Below, piece after piece: positions 38,265-49,893 of a DNA stretch of 64,000 bases. Made by a program: the position numbers and the translations under genes. The DNA comes from Sphaerodactylus townsendi (taxonomy: Eukaryota): the NCBI RefSeq assembly GCF_021028975.2, contig NC_059426.1, forward strand, positions 118,420,001-118,484,000. The letters are read 5' to 3'. Numbering within the stretch: the stretch's first letter is position 1; each line of letters starts with the position of its first letter. The notes below the pieces were generated by a model. It did no database searches, was not told the DNA's origin, and was given only the letters and a program-made list of their open reading frames with translations.

Positions 38265-38712
38265 CCCTATAGCTTGCTGCTGTTTTGGCAGACAAAATTG
38301 GTTTCAGCCCTCTGCTGTCTCTTGGGTTGCCCACTCCAGGCTTTTGGAACCAGCTAATCTTTTTCCTATTTTCTTTGGCACTTCAGAATCTCTGTCTACC
38401 CAACTTAGCAGATTGATAGGTAAACATCTTGTCTGTTCACTCCCTTTTCCCTTGAAAAGCCCTTCTTTAAACGTCGCCCACTTCTTGAGGCCGTTCCCTT
38501 GTGTAGAATTCCATCTCAGCTAGAGGCCTGACCTTTTTTTAAACTCTCTTCTCTCATGTAACTCTTTCCTGTGCATGTCCCTCTGAACACAACATATTGC
38601 ACTGTTTTATGCTGTCACTGTATGTTTGAATTGCCTTGTTTGGGAAAGAAGAAAACCAGAGTTTCTTACTGATATATGTCCATATTCACATATATTGATT
38701 TAAGTAGTAGAG

Positions 38713-38950
38713 GCTGTTGTGGGTTTTCTGGGCTGTGTGGCTGTAGTCTGGGAGTTTTTGCTCTTAACATTTCGCCTGCATCTAGGGCTGGCATGTTCAG
38801 AGGCCTGTCATGGTGCCACATAGCAAACCATATCTCACTGTGACATGTTAGGAGATGTTAGGAGCCAAAACTACCAGAGCACAGTCTTACAGCCCAGAAA
38901 CCCCACAACCACCAGTTGATCCTGGCTGTGAAAGCCTTTGACAACACATT
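38713..38950. mobile_element. Penelope-like element remnant with inverted arms
   Basis: gttgtgggttttctgggctgt...acagcccagaaaccccacaac inverted arms; tttcgcctgcatc...ggcatgttcagagg pLTR-type motif. Confidence 0.6.
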
Positions 38951-39051
38951 CATCTGAGTAGTTTTGCGAAGTTAACTGCCAGACAAACATATACTTTTTA
39001 TTTCATGCCATCTGAAACTAAAAATAAAATATGTATTTGGCTTGTCCTTAC

Positions 39052-39188
39052 CGGTATTATGTACCTCCTCTGAAATGTACATGCCTTCACGATATGTTAA
39101 GCCTCCTTTGACAGGAGTCCCTGTTGCTGGAGCCAATGCTGGGTCAAAGGCATCAATATCAACACTCAGATGGATTGGGCTTTGTCCT
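39052..39188 (-). CDS. ARG2: ARG2 exon 7 ([32 protein letters not shown])
   Basis: 137 bp, ag/gtaagg. Confidence 0.94.
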
Positions 39189-39363
39189 CTGTGGGAAGAG
39201 CATCAAACTTTATTCTGTAGGTCTGGCTTATGGCAAAAAGCAGTCTATTCTTCTTAGAAACAAAGAATTATGCATTGGGATATGACAAGTAATATGCAAA
39301 TATAATGCAGTAAAAAAAATCCGTATCAGACCCTCCGTACCATTCATATCTAAAATTTATTAC

Positions 39364-39468
39364 CTGCCCAAAAGGTGCTCAAATGTTCTTTCCATCACTT
39401 TCTGGATCCCGAAACGATCAATGTCCCGCATTGAAAAATATTGGATGTCATAGTTCTTCAAAATATAG
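39364..39468 (-). CDS. ARG2: ARG2 exon 6 ([18 protein letters not shown]...)
   Basis: 105 bp, ag/gt. Confidence 0.93.
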
Positions 39469-39625
39469 CTGTTTAAAGAAAGCCATTATTGATATAATTT
39501 CATACTGTTTACAATATCGCTTTACAAAAGTCCATAGCCTATGAATGCAGCAATAACCCCAGTCATGTCCTTGTGAATGAAAGCCTAATATGAGAACTCT
39601 GTAGACCCAGCTGTCTTGCACTTAC

Positions 39626-39720
39626 TGTTCAGCGGGATCCACATCTCTTAAGCCAATATAGACAATGTCTGACCGTGAAAGGCAGGGCTTCAGCCAGGAA
39701 AATCCAGGAAGTGGTGGCAC
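39626..39720 (-). CDS. ARG2: ARG2 exon 5 (VPPLPGFSW...[11 protein letters not shown])
   Basis: 95 bp, ag/gtaagt. Confidence 0.93.
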
Positions 39721-41694
39721 CTATGAAGAAAGGAAATGGTCCTGAAACAGTTACATGACAAAATGTTTCACAATGGATGTTCTGTAAGGGCTGTTGATCA
39801 TACAATAGTCTCTACAAAAGGTACCAGTTATTTTCTGTCAAGTAGAAGTTAATCTAGTTCAGAGAGCAGTACTGTTAACTAGTTAAGAGTAGAATCTGGT
39901 CTTGAATTAGTTTGAAAGCATGTTAATTTTTGTATTAAAAGAAGTGTGAGAAATAGCGATGGTCTCTACATTGGGAGTTGTTTTGAGTAGGTATTGTGGA
40001 ATGTATACTGTTTCTAATATTAATTGTGTTTGATTCATTTAAACCCTTAGCTTTACTTTTCAAAAAGGTCTGATGTTGCAGTGATGCTTAACACTATATT
40101 CTACTGTAACATGTGTTGCACTACAACTCTATGCATGTTTACTCAGGAGTAATTCTGACTTTGTTCATTAGGGTTCACTTCCGTGTATGTGTTCACAGAA
40201 TTGCAGCCTTAGTTGGTAAAGGTAATCCACTATACTTTGCATATCACTTAGAAAATGTACCATATGCTAAAAAGCTAGTTGCCATTGAAAGTATCCAATC
40301 ATGGTGTAGCAGTATTGCTTTGAGGTCAAGTTACAGAGGGACTCAGGAAGAGAATGATGCTATTACATGAATTTCTTGGACAGAGACAAAAAAAATATTA
40401 AATCAAAAAAATTTTCATGCATAATCTTACTTCCGGTAAGGGAAATTACATCAAGCCAAAACCAGTGAACTTTTAGTTACCATGTGATATTAATTAACAG
40501 TCAATTGAAAGGCTATTTCCTAAGAAGGGGAAAGGTGTCAAATGGATATTGCACTCTCTGCAGAAAACCATGTACCACAGCTGGCCAAAACAGTGGACTG
40601 AAATTAGATTACAGGGAAAGACACATGGTTTGCAAGCATGTTAGCAAACTATAAAGGTAACAAGTAGGAAAAGCACATATGTACATTCCTGTGGATTTCA
40701 TTTGCGTACAAGATCTTCAGCCCTGAGCCTTGTGTAATGAATACTATATTTCAGCTTTGTTTTCAGCAATCATGTTAATTCATGTTCCCAGGAGTGCTAA
40801 TATTTTTGGATGACTTAAGATATATTATGATTTTCAAACTCATTCTAATTGGCATCTAATACTTGTTTCAAGTAAATTTTTAAAAGAGCTGCAGCAGTCA
40901 GTTATATCTATTCAGCTTCTCAGATGGTTATTATTGTTAATGTCTATTTTAAAGCAACTGGCTGTCATCCGTCAGGAGAAGCTGCCAAGCAGACTAAAGT
41001 GGGATCTCGTTTGCTGAACATTTTATAAATTATAGCAACTGTAATGGCCCCAACAAAACAGGAAATGTACTAGTGGTCAGTTAGTGAGGGAGGGGAAGCA
41101 GTATATCAGTTAGATTGATAGTTGTACTCTTCTACAAATTCCCACAAAGTGCTGTTCTTTTGCTTGCATGCTAGAACCACTGCTTACTAACTGGCTTGAA
41201 GACATTTGCATCTACCAGATTACTGGAATTCTTGCACACGTGACTAGCTGCTTTGTGAACACACTACATTTAAGAAAGATCCTTTTTAATTTCAGATTAC
41301 AATTCACATCAATCACTGTGAAATTCTAGAGCTGGCAAAGTGTCATGTAGATGTCCTTTGAATTCATATAGTTCCTCATTATCTGTTGGAACTGCCATTT
41401 TGAGGAATCTCAGGAGGATGTTTCTGAGCTATGGCGTTGTTACAATTTTGAGCACAGGAGTATTCAAATTGCTCTGGAATAACTAAAATGAATGTTGTTC
41501 TAGCAGTCATGGGAGCCAAGACATCCTGTCAGTACCAGGAGGCCCTCTAATGGGTAACCTTTCCAGGAAAAGGCTGTTCTTATATATGTGCTTTTTCTGC
41601 TTAGGCAACAGTCAAAATTGACTGAACAATGGAATGAAGAACTTGGACTGAATCAGACCCTGCTTCATAGCTGGCAAGCACAATCCCCATTTAC

Positions 41695-41854
41695 CTTATC
41701 TTGAAGTTCTCTTAAGAGAAATGAGACTGGTTGTCCATGGAGGTTTCCAGACATGGTTGTGAGTGGAGTATTAATATCAGCATGTGCATCAACCCAGATC
41801 ACACCGAGATGCGGGTAATGCCTTGCATGGCCACTAATGGAACCAAGCGCTAAA
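41695..41854 (-). CDS. ARG2: ARG2 exon 4 (LALGSISGH...[11 protein letters not shown]...GNLHGQP)
   Basis: 160 bp, metal ligands intact. Confidence 0.94.
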
Positions 41855-42616
41855 CTGGAAAAAACACAACAAATATAGGTTTTGTAAGCAGTGTGCCTGG
41901 CAAGTAACTTGGTTAATGTGGACCTTTACTAACTACTAGGAGTTCAGTCAAAGAATAATGAAATTGTCAGGCTCTTGGTGCTGTGCTACATTCATCACCA
42001 TGGAACATATGATTCAAATTACCAAAATTGCTGCATATAAGTACTGCAATGGCAAGTGTACTGTGCAATATATCAAATTAATCCATATACAAAACAATAT
42101 TTCCACTAAATGTGCAAGTCTATTTACAATATTTTCCAATTACAGTAAAGTACATCTATGAAAACAGTTTCAATTAATTTAAGAGTTCATTCCAAAACCG
42201 TAGGTTGTATGCTTCCTTCATAGTCACTTCAACACTATGATGAATCTTGTACTTCATAACAACGTCTTGTGGATTGCCTAGCACAGGTCCTGACATCCAG
42301 GTGCAATAATTAGTGCTGCAGCTTTAACAGCCAGAAACATTCCATTGATCGCGGAGATCCAAGCAACAAGCTGTATGTTGATTTATTACATGAATGTACT
42401 GATACAAGATTCACAAGATGAAACTGATTTACTTTTTGTGGCATACAGCAGAGTGACTAACAGTTTTTCATGCTAGACATTTCTGGACAGGCAATATGAA
42501 TTATGAGTCCTGGCAATGTGGAAAGCACTTTGTCAAAATGCTCTGAACACATAAGATTTGTTTAAGCCTTTTTTATTTCAATGACCTTCTCCCACACTGA
42601 TTCTCTCCCAGCTCAC

Positions 42617-42794
42617 CTGTGATCACCTCCAAGAGTTACACAGCTATGGCCAGCAGTCACAGCCCCATGCACGGTGTCAGCCAGAACTCTGTTAGCTGAC
42701 CCTACAGAGCGTGGGTGTTTGACTTTGTTGTTGTAGACCTCATCGTTGTGTACTTGAGTAAAAGTGAGGTCTCCAAAATCATATACTTGACAAC
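42617..42794 (-). CDS. ARG2: ARG2 exon 3 (CQVYDFGDL...GGDH)
   Basis: 178 bp, ag/gtgagc. Confidence 0.93.
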
Positions 42795-43149
42795 CTGCAA
42801 ACAGAAAAATAAAGTTGGTTTACATATAAGGATAAAGCTCCTTCTGGTAGTGGGAGAGGCAGAAGTAACTGCATTCCACCCAGTCCCAGCTGCCAAAAAC
42901 CTACAATTCCATCCTCAGTGGTTCATCAGAGGGTCATGAGCCGTGGTTTAGAAACCCTACGTCCTTGTTGCTTATAATGTTTAGCCTAAAAGCTTGTTTG
43001 CAACTTTTATCGCTCCCATCTTACCCATTTTAGGAAACAATAATTTCTAGGACAAGCAAGGAAAAAAAAGTCCCCAGCATGTTCTTGGATTCTGTCCAAG
43101 ACATAACAGGAAGTGATTTCCCCCTTGTCCTAAATAAATCTAAATCCCT

Positions 43150-43774
43150 GGCCGTTTCTGCACGGGCAATTCATGGCGGCCTGGAGACGGTAAAAACACC
43201 GTCTCCAGGCCGCCATTCGCACGGGGGGCGCAGCTGCAACGCAGCCGCAGCCTTCAGCGCCGCTTTCCGGCCGACCTGAAGGCGGCGTTTCCCCAAAGCG
43301 CTTCCCAGCGCTCTTTTTTGGGAAACGCCCGGTATGAAACCGCTACCCGGCTGAGAGCGACGGCTTCATGCCGCCTCCCCCACCGAGCACTCACCTTCTC
43401 CCCGGACATCGGTAGCGTCGCCGAGGAGCCTGGGGATACGCTTGGCCCCTCTTGGCCTGCAGGCAGCGCAGAGCCGAAAGCGTGTCGAACCTCGGCGGCA
43501 ATAGGCTTCCAATTAGGCCCGGAATGGAAACAGGCGCCCGACTCCTTGGCGCCGGCCTGCTTAACTGCTTCAAAAATATATAGAATAGAATATATAGAAT
43601 AGAATCTTTATTGGCCAAGTGTGATTGGACACACAAGGAATTTGTCTCCGGTGCATATGCTCTCAGTGTACATAAAAGAAAATACATTTGTCAAGAATGC
43701 AGACGGTCCCAGCGTCTTCAGGTCGGCGCGCAATGCGCCGACCTCGCCGTTTCCGCCGCCGTGCAGAAACGGCC
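43150..43774. mobile_element. CpG-rich non-autonomous TIR element (PIF/Harbinger-like)
   Basis: Perfect 16-bp TIR GGCCGTTTCTGCACGG (43150-43165 / 43759-43774); internal perfect hairpin; flanks cct/tct. Confidence 0.7.
43575..43698 (-). mobile_element. LINE 3' tail (probable Rex1/Babar type) nested in the TIR element
   Basis: AT-rich island in GC-rich element; minus-strand AATAAA followed by (ATTCT)n tail. Confidence 0.5.
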
Positions 43775-44535
43775 TCTGTCATAGTTGATTTCTTAATAAA
43801 CAGAACCAATATTTTCAATCTCCTGTATAGGAAGGGGAGTGTCAGTATGTAGCTACAAGTGGGAACCCACAAGGACTTGCAAGAGGCATCACATTTCCCC
43901 TTCTCCCCTTATTTTTTATTTCCCTTTCCTGAAAGGCCCCATTGCCTCTCCACTTTTCATTCTTCCAATCAAACAGGAAATCCACCTTTATCTGTCCCTC
44001 TGTTTTAAGCTTTCTCTGTAGCTTCTACATAGGAAAGCTATGGCACAGTTGTGAGGTGCCAGCCAATGGGCTAGGCCTCAAGGACTTGTGGAGGACACAT
44101 TACTTTCCCCTGTAACCTCCTCAAATTATTTATCCTTTCCCCTTTCTGGCAACCCCCATGTCTTCTCTTTCCCTAACTCATTCTCTCCTTCTCAGCCATT
44201 CAACAATCGGCCTTTTATTTGCCTCCCATCTTCAGCTATATTTATTACTGTATTTGTTTACTTCATTTATACCCTGTCTTTCTTCACATTATTCTCCTCT
44301 CCTCCTTTTCATCTGCACAACAACCCTGAAAGGTAGATTAGGATGAAATTATGTGACTGGTCCAAAATCACAAAGTAAGCTTCCATTTCTAGTTTTCCCA
44401 GACTGTACTCTGAAGTTCAGTCAAACTTGCTGTACCTCACTGGCTTTATAGGGTGGCTCCTATTGAAGATTAGAAAGCAGCCAGTCCTAATTGAGTCATG
44501 CGGTATCAAATTACCCAGAGGTTGCTGCCAGGCAT

Positions 44536-44752
44536 AGGTTGGTCAACATCCAGGTGGGACCTGGAGATATAGAATTACAACTGAACTCCTGATGACAGAA
44601 ATCTGTACCCTGTAGAAAATAGGTGCTTTGGAAAATGAACTCTTGCATTACATCCACTGGATGTCTCTCCTCTTCCCTCCCGAAACACTGCCTTCCTTAG
44701 ACTCAATCACAAAATCTCCAGGAATTTCCCAAGCAGGAGCTGGCAGCCCTAG
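44536..44752. mobile_element. Degenerate MITE with AGGGTTGCCA-type termini
   Basis: taggttggtcaac...ctggcagcccta ends; similar termini at ~25123-25290. Confidence 0.45.
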
Positions 44753-44881
44753 TCAGGCCTGGCCCCAATGAGTTCAGCCTCAAAGGTCAAAAACAGGCTG
44801 GAAAGGACCCTGCTCCCTCCCGCTGACTTACTAATAGAAGCATGCTTGGAACCTGTGGTTGCCTAGCAACAGCCACTAAGG

Positions 44882-46388
44882 CAGGGGTAGGGAACCTGCG
44901 GCTCTCCAGATGTTCAGGAACTACAATTCCCATCAGCCTCTGTCAGCATGGCCAATTGGCAGAGGCGTTCCTCCCATTGGGCAAAGTGGGCAGTTGCCCT
45001 GGGCGCAGCCCTGTGGGGGGCACAAAAACTGCAGGTTCGTTTGGGATTTTTTGTATTTTCAGTGTTTTTCCATTTTTGACCTGCAGAGGGCGCAGTTTTT
45101 AGGCTAGCAGCACCAAAATTTCAGGGATGTTTTGGGAGACTCTCCTGATGCTATCACCCAGATTTGGTGAGGTTTGGTTCAGGGAGTCCAAAGTTATGGA
45201 CTCCCAAAGGGGGTGCCCCATTCCCCATTGTTTCCAATGGGAGCTAATAGGAGACGAGGCTACACCTTTGAGGGTTGATAACTTTGGACCCCCTGAACCA
45301 AACTTCACCAAACCTGGGAGGCATCATCAGGAGAATCTTTTACTGATACCACCCAAGTTTTGTGAAGTTTGGTCTAGGGGGTCCAAAACTATGGACTCCC
45401 AAAGGGGGTGCCGCATCATCCATTGTTTCCAATGGGAGCTAACAGAAGGTGGGGGTTACACCTTTGAGGGTCCATAACTTTGGACCCCCTGAACCAAACT
45501 TCACTAAACCTGGGTGGTATCATTAGGAGAGTCTCCTAAAGATACCCTGAAAGGTTGGTGCTTCTAGCTTAACAATTGCACCCCTGACAGCAGGCACCTC
45601 CCAATTTTCCCCAGATTTTCCTTTTAAATCCCCCTACCTTTGACATGGATTTAAAGAGAGAATCTGAGGTCCCCAGTTTAAACATTGAAAGTGATGCTGC
45701 TGTTTCGGGGGGTGGGGAGAATCAACCCCCAAAATAGCATCACTTTCAATGTTGTTTAAACTGGGAACCCCAGATTCTCTCTTTAAAGTGGATTTAAAAT
45801 GAGAATCTAGGCTCCCTAGTTTAAACACCATTGAAAATGATGCTGTTTGGGGGTGGATTCCAGCATCACTTGTTTAAACTGAGGGAGTGGGTCTCCTTTG
45901 AAACATTGAAAGTGATGCTGTTTCCCCCAATTGGGGGGACTGAATACAACACCATAAAATGTTTTCATAGCAGTAATAAAACATTTTGAAAGCATTTTGA
46001 AAATGTTTTCAAAAAATTATTTCTGCTGTATGGCATGGCTCATTGCTGTGTTCAGATTTGTGAGTTGGGGCATGTTCTATAATGTGATGGTGACTTTGAA
46101 ACAACCTGGTGTAAAAAATCATTGCTTGGTCACAGTGGGGGAGGGTGGCTGCCCTGGGGGGGCACCCTGGGGGGTGCCAAACTCCAGTTTGCCTGGATAC
46201 GCCACTGGGCGTAGCTACAAGGGGGGGTGCATGTTGCATTGGGCATGCGCCTGGGGGGGCATCAAACTCAGGTTTTGCCCAGGGCTCCAATTTGCCTAGT
46301 TACGCCACTGCCAATTGGCCATGCTGGTAGGGGCTGATGGGAATTGTAGTTCCTGAACATCTGGAGAGCCGCAGGTTCCCTACCCCTG
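44882..46388. mobile_element. Palindromic hAT MITE interrupted by a second hAT element
   Basis: TIR CAGGGGTAGGGAACCTGCGG; TSD CACTAAGG (44874-44881, 46389-46396); uninterrupted sister copy at 54864. Confidence 0.92.
44960..46310. mobile_element. Nested non-autonomous hAT (CAGTGGCG-type TIR) with internal repeats, 1351 bp
   Basis: Ends CAGAGGCGTT / TACGCCACTG; TSD CCAATTGG (44952-44959, 46311-46318); repeated ggaccccctgaaccaaac units. Confidence 0.88.
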
Positions 46389-48109
46389 CACTAAGGGAAT
46401 CTGTCACTTAAAAATCTACATGCATTCTGTTTATCATTTTGGTGATTTTTAAAAGCTACCAATGTATTTTTAAAGATTTCAATTTTTTTTTTTTGCAAAT
46501 CTGGGACCTTTTTTGGTTTTTAGAAAGTTCCATTTTGCTGGTTCATGGCTTCAGACCCAAATTAAAGTACCCCAAAATTTGGCCAATTCTCTGTTAGAAT
46601 GTAAGTTCTATCTTGCTTTCCAACAGGGATCCAAAGTAACTTGCAACATTAATCTTTTCTTTTGCATTTTATCTGTTAAGGGGTTGATAAGCTTAGAGGG
46701 TGTCTAATTTAAAGTCACTCAGTGAGTTTATAGGGCAGAGTGAGGATTCAGACCTCAGTTATCTAGACCCTCAACTGACACTGTAACCATTATACCACAA
46801 CAGTCAACAATGCATCTAATGTAACCTTTACATAAATGCAAGAGGAGGAATGCAGATTAAACGTGATGGAGGCTTGTTCCTTAAATCCAATACATTTTCT
46901 GTCTCAGTTCTCTTGCATTAAAAGAATGTTACAAAATCCAGGTCATTGCACATGGTCAAGTCTCCAAAATTAGTCAGCAGACTTGTGAATGTCAACACTG
47001 CATCATGGTCTGATGCAACAATGGTGTGTTCTGACAGAATATGTACAATATTATAGTCACAGTGCTATTGCTTAAGAACACTAACATCAGGGTTACCCTT
47101 TTGATATGGAGGTTCTGACTGGTGAAATGGAAAGTGTATTTATAAAACCAGATTTTGATACCCATGTATAGTCAATCTAGAACTATATTTCAATTTCCTT
47201 TATATCTTTTACAGAGTTGCCCACTTTCCTCTTTGCAGTTCCCAAGAAGTAGAAAGCCAGGAAAACACTTGGCTCTCACAGCAGAATTTATTTGCCATTG
47301 TCATCAGAAACCAAAGCTTGCTGCTTATTTGCCACCCTATTATTCTTAAGGTGAATCAACTTATTAACTGCACCAAATGAATACACTTGCTTTATCGTGT
47401 GATTTTTCAACCACTACCACAAATTTCAGGAGAGTGATTCTTAAATTGTCATAAACAATTCTTAATGTAGCTTACTTTAGAAACTTCATTTGTCTGGCAA
47501 CTTTAATTTAAGTAAAACTTGTGGTGTGCAGGCATTATCTGTAGGTAAACTATGTATTAAAGATGGCTTGTCAACAAGACAAATATTCCTAACCATATTA
47601 CAAGTGTTAACAGTCAGAATTAGTTTGCTACAATATACCACTAATACAATTACCACTTCGGGATTTGTAGCCATCCATTGTTTGCACGAACTTAATAAAA
47701 CTCAAAAGAGAAGTCAGTGATTCATAGGACAGGATCCATCGCCTTTCTCAATAGCAGTTGAGGCTGAATCATTTGGTTTGCAAAAAAAAAAAAAAGTCCA
47801 CAATTGCAACAGAAGAATGCTTTCCCTCATTTAATAAGATAAGAGTTTTGAGTGTATTTCACACATGGCTAACACTTTTTTTTAAAGGGTTCTTTTCTGT
47901 AGTTTTGAGTCAGAATTATCAACTGATATTCCAGTCCAGAATCAAAATTCTGTCACAAAGAAAAACACTCTGCACAATAACTATGCAAGCATGTATGGGG
48001 CATATCTGAAGCAATCTATTTCAGTACCATCTTGAGAATTCTAAGTTTACACTTCATATTTTCATCAACTGATAGAAAAAAATCCTAAACTTTGAAATGA
48101 TAGAGAATT

Positions 48110-48345
48110 CTGAGTGCCAGCTTGATGTGATGGTTAAGAGCAGCAGACTCTAACCTGGATAACTGGGTTCAATTCCCCGCTCCTCCACATGAAGCCTGCT
48201 TGGGTGACCTTGGGCCAAGAACAGTTCTTTCATAACTCTCTCAGGCCATGCAGAGGCAGACAATGGCAAACCACCTCTGAACATCTCTCGCTCTGAAAAC
48301 CCTATGGAGTCGCCATAGGTCAGCTAGGACCTGATGGCACTTTAT
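48110..48345 (+). mobile_element. Sauria-type SINE
   Basis: tRNA-like head with A/B boxes (gggttcaattcccc); BovB-like tail ggcaaaccacctctgaac...ccctatggagtcgccatagg. Confidence 0.7.
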
Positions 48346-49400
48346 ACATGTGATGAGAGAGAATCCTGGCAGTGCTTTAGATTGGAGCAATTGCATGGAG
48401 TTACTGACCAATTCCAACAGAAATAAACCAAGCCCCCAACAGGATGGCACCAATCAATGTCCTGCCATCTGACCACTGATTTGCTCAATTAATTTTTAAA
48501 AGGCTTTTTCATTTGTGATATGATTTTTAAAATTTAAATAGGAATTTTCTTACAGAATGGGTACATTTGTGATTTTTAAACAGTGGCTGGTGATTTTCTC
48601 TCCCAGCCATCCTTAAAAAAAAAATCAAGCTCCAGATTTCTGACATACTCTGCATCTGACATAACCTGCCATGCCATACTTCTCCCTGGATCAGAACAGA
48701 TTTTTGAAGCTCACTATAAAGTTGATGTATCACTCATTCTGAAACAAATTCCCCTTTAACAACTGTGATTCTGACCATAGCAGATGTTTTTTAAAGTTAT
48801 TTATTCATTCATTCATTTATGGGAGATGTTAAGAGCATGTAAATAAAAGTTTATCAGTTCTTCTGGTTCAACTTGTATGTTTCCGACACGAACAATTCTT
48901 AAATCTTGTGTTTACCAGGAAGCTAATGCACATATCAGTTGGTTTAAACTTTAAAGGAATCACTGGTTCTCCAGCAATCTCATCTATGTCAATGGGTTTA
49001 GAAGGATACAACTCTGTGCAGAAAATTCATGACTGGCAATGTGATCTTAAGCAATGTACAGTTTGGTCACTAGACATTCAAGCACATTATGCCATAAATT
49101 TACTTGCTCTGTGATGAATGAGTAGAGCAGAAGTTCCCAATCTTTTGGGCCTGCAGGGCTCTAATTCTGATAAATGGGAAATTCCAGAGAAGGGAAGGGT
49201 GTGCCTTGGGGGCAGCTCCTCAGGGGGCACCAGTGGCCTCTTTCTCATTCAGATTTGCCTTTCAAAGACATCTGACAGCAAGGGTTGGTCATGAGTCACG
49301 GGGGTGAAGCATCCTGAACCGCTGTTGAGAAAGGGATGCTCTCCGATGACTTCCATGGCCAGGCAAAGTGCTTTACGGGTGGGTGGGTGGTCTGACTTAC

Positions 49401-49473
49401 CCAAGCCGGAGAGCTTTTCCACCAGACCCGCGTTCCTGATAGCGGCGGGACCGCGATCTGCTCCGTTTCTTTT
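49401..49473 (-). CDS. ARG2: ARG2 exon 2 (KRNGADRGPAAIRNAGLVEKLSGL)
   Basis: 73 bp, ttccag/gtaagt. Confidence 0.92.
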
Positions 49474-49773
49474 CTGGAAGGCAAAGAGGAGAGCTTAGAA
49501 GAGACCACGTGCTCGAGAAAACGGGAGGTCTGGGGAGGCAGCGTGCCCTCCGCATGGAAATTTCCACTCACCAGCTTTCCTGCGCGCCCCAAGCCACGAG
49601 ACCTTCAGAGAGGGCGCGCTGCTCCTCCTCCCCCTCCCCCTCCCCCCCCCGGGCACCTGAGCCAGGATTCTCTCTCTCGCTCCAAATAAGCCCCCCCCCC
49701 CGCGCAACAGAGCATCCCTTGCTCGGGAGGAGTGGGGTGGCCCCTCGAGTCGCACTCCTCCCTGGTCGCTCAC

Positions 49774-49893
49774 CTGTCCCCTGGAGAAAGGGGCGCCGAT
49801 GAGGGCCACCGAGTGCGCCGCTCGCCTCTGGAGTTGCACGGGGGAGCCGGTTTGCTTCCCGAGGAGCCGGGCCACGCTGGTGCCAAGAGACAT
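49774..49893 (-). CDS. ARG2: ARG2 exon 1 (MSLGTSVARLLGKQ...GAPFSRGQ)
   Basis: ATG at 49893; CAG|gtgagc donor. Confidence 0.92.

Larger units (their letters stand above)
37390..49893 (-). other. ARG2: Arginase-2, mitochondrial, 357 aa; CDS complement join(37390..37595,39052..39188,39364..39468,39626..39720,41695..41854,42617..42794,49401..49473,49774..49893)
   Basis: 1074-nt intact CDS; Mn-binding GGDHS, DAHAD and SVDIDAFDP motifs; basic N-terminal transit-like peptide. Confidence 0.96.

Noticed and set aside
45127-45560. Repeated units resembling an array or a repetitive protein
   Set aside because: Internal direct/inverted repeats of a non-autonomous hAT; no spacers, not CRISPR, no transposase motifs
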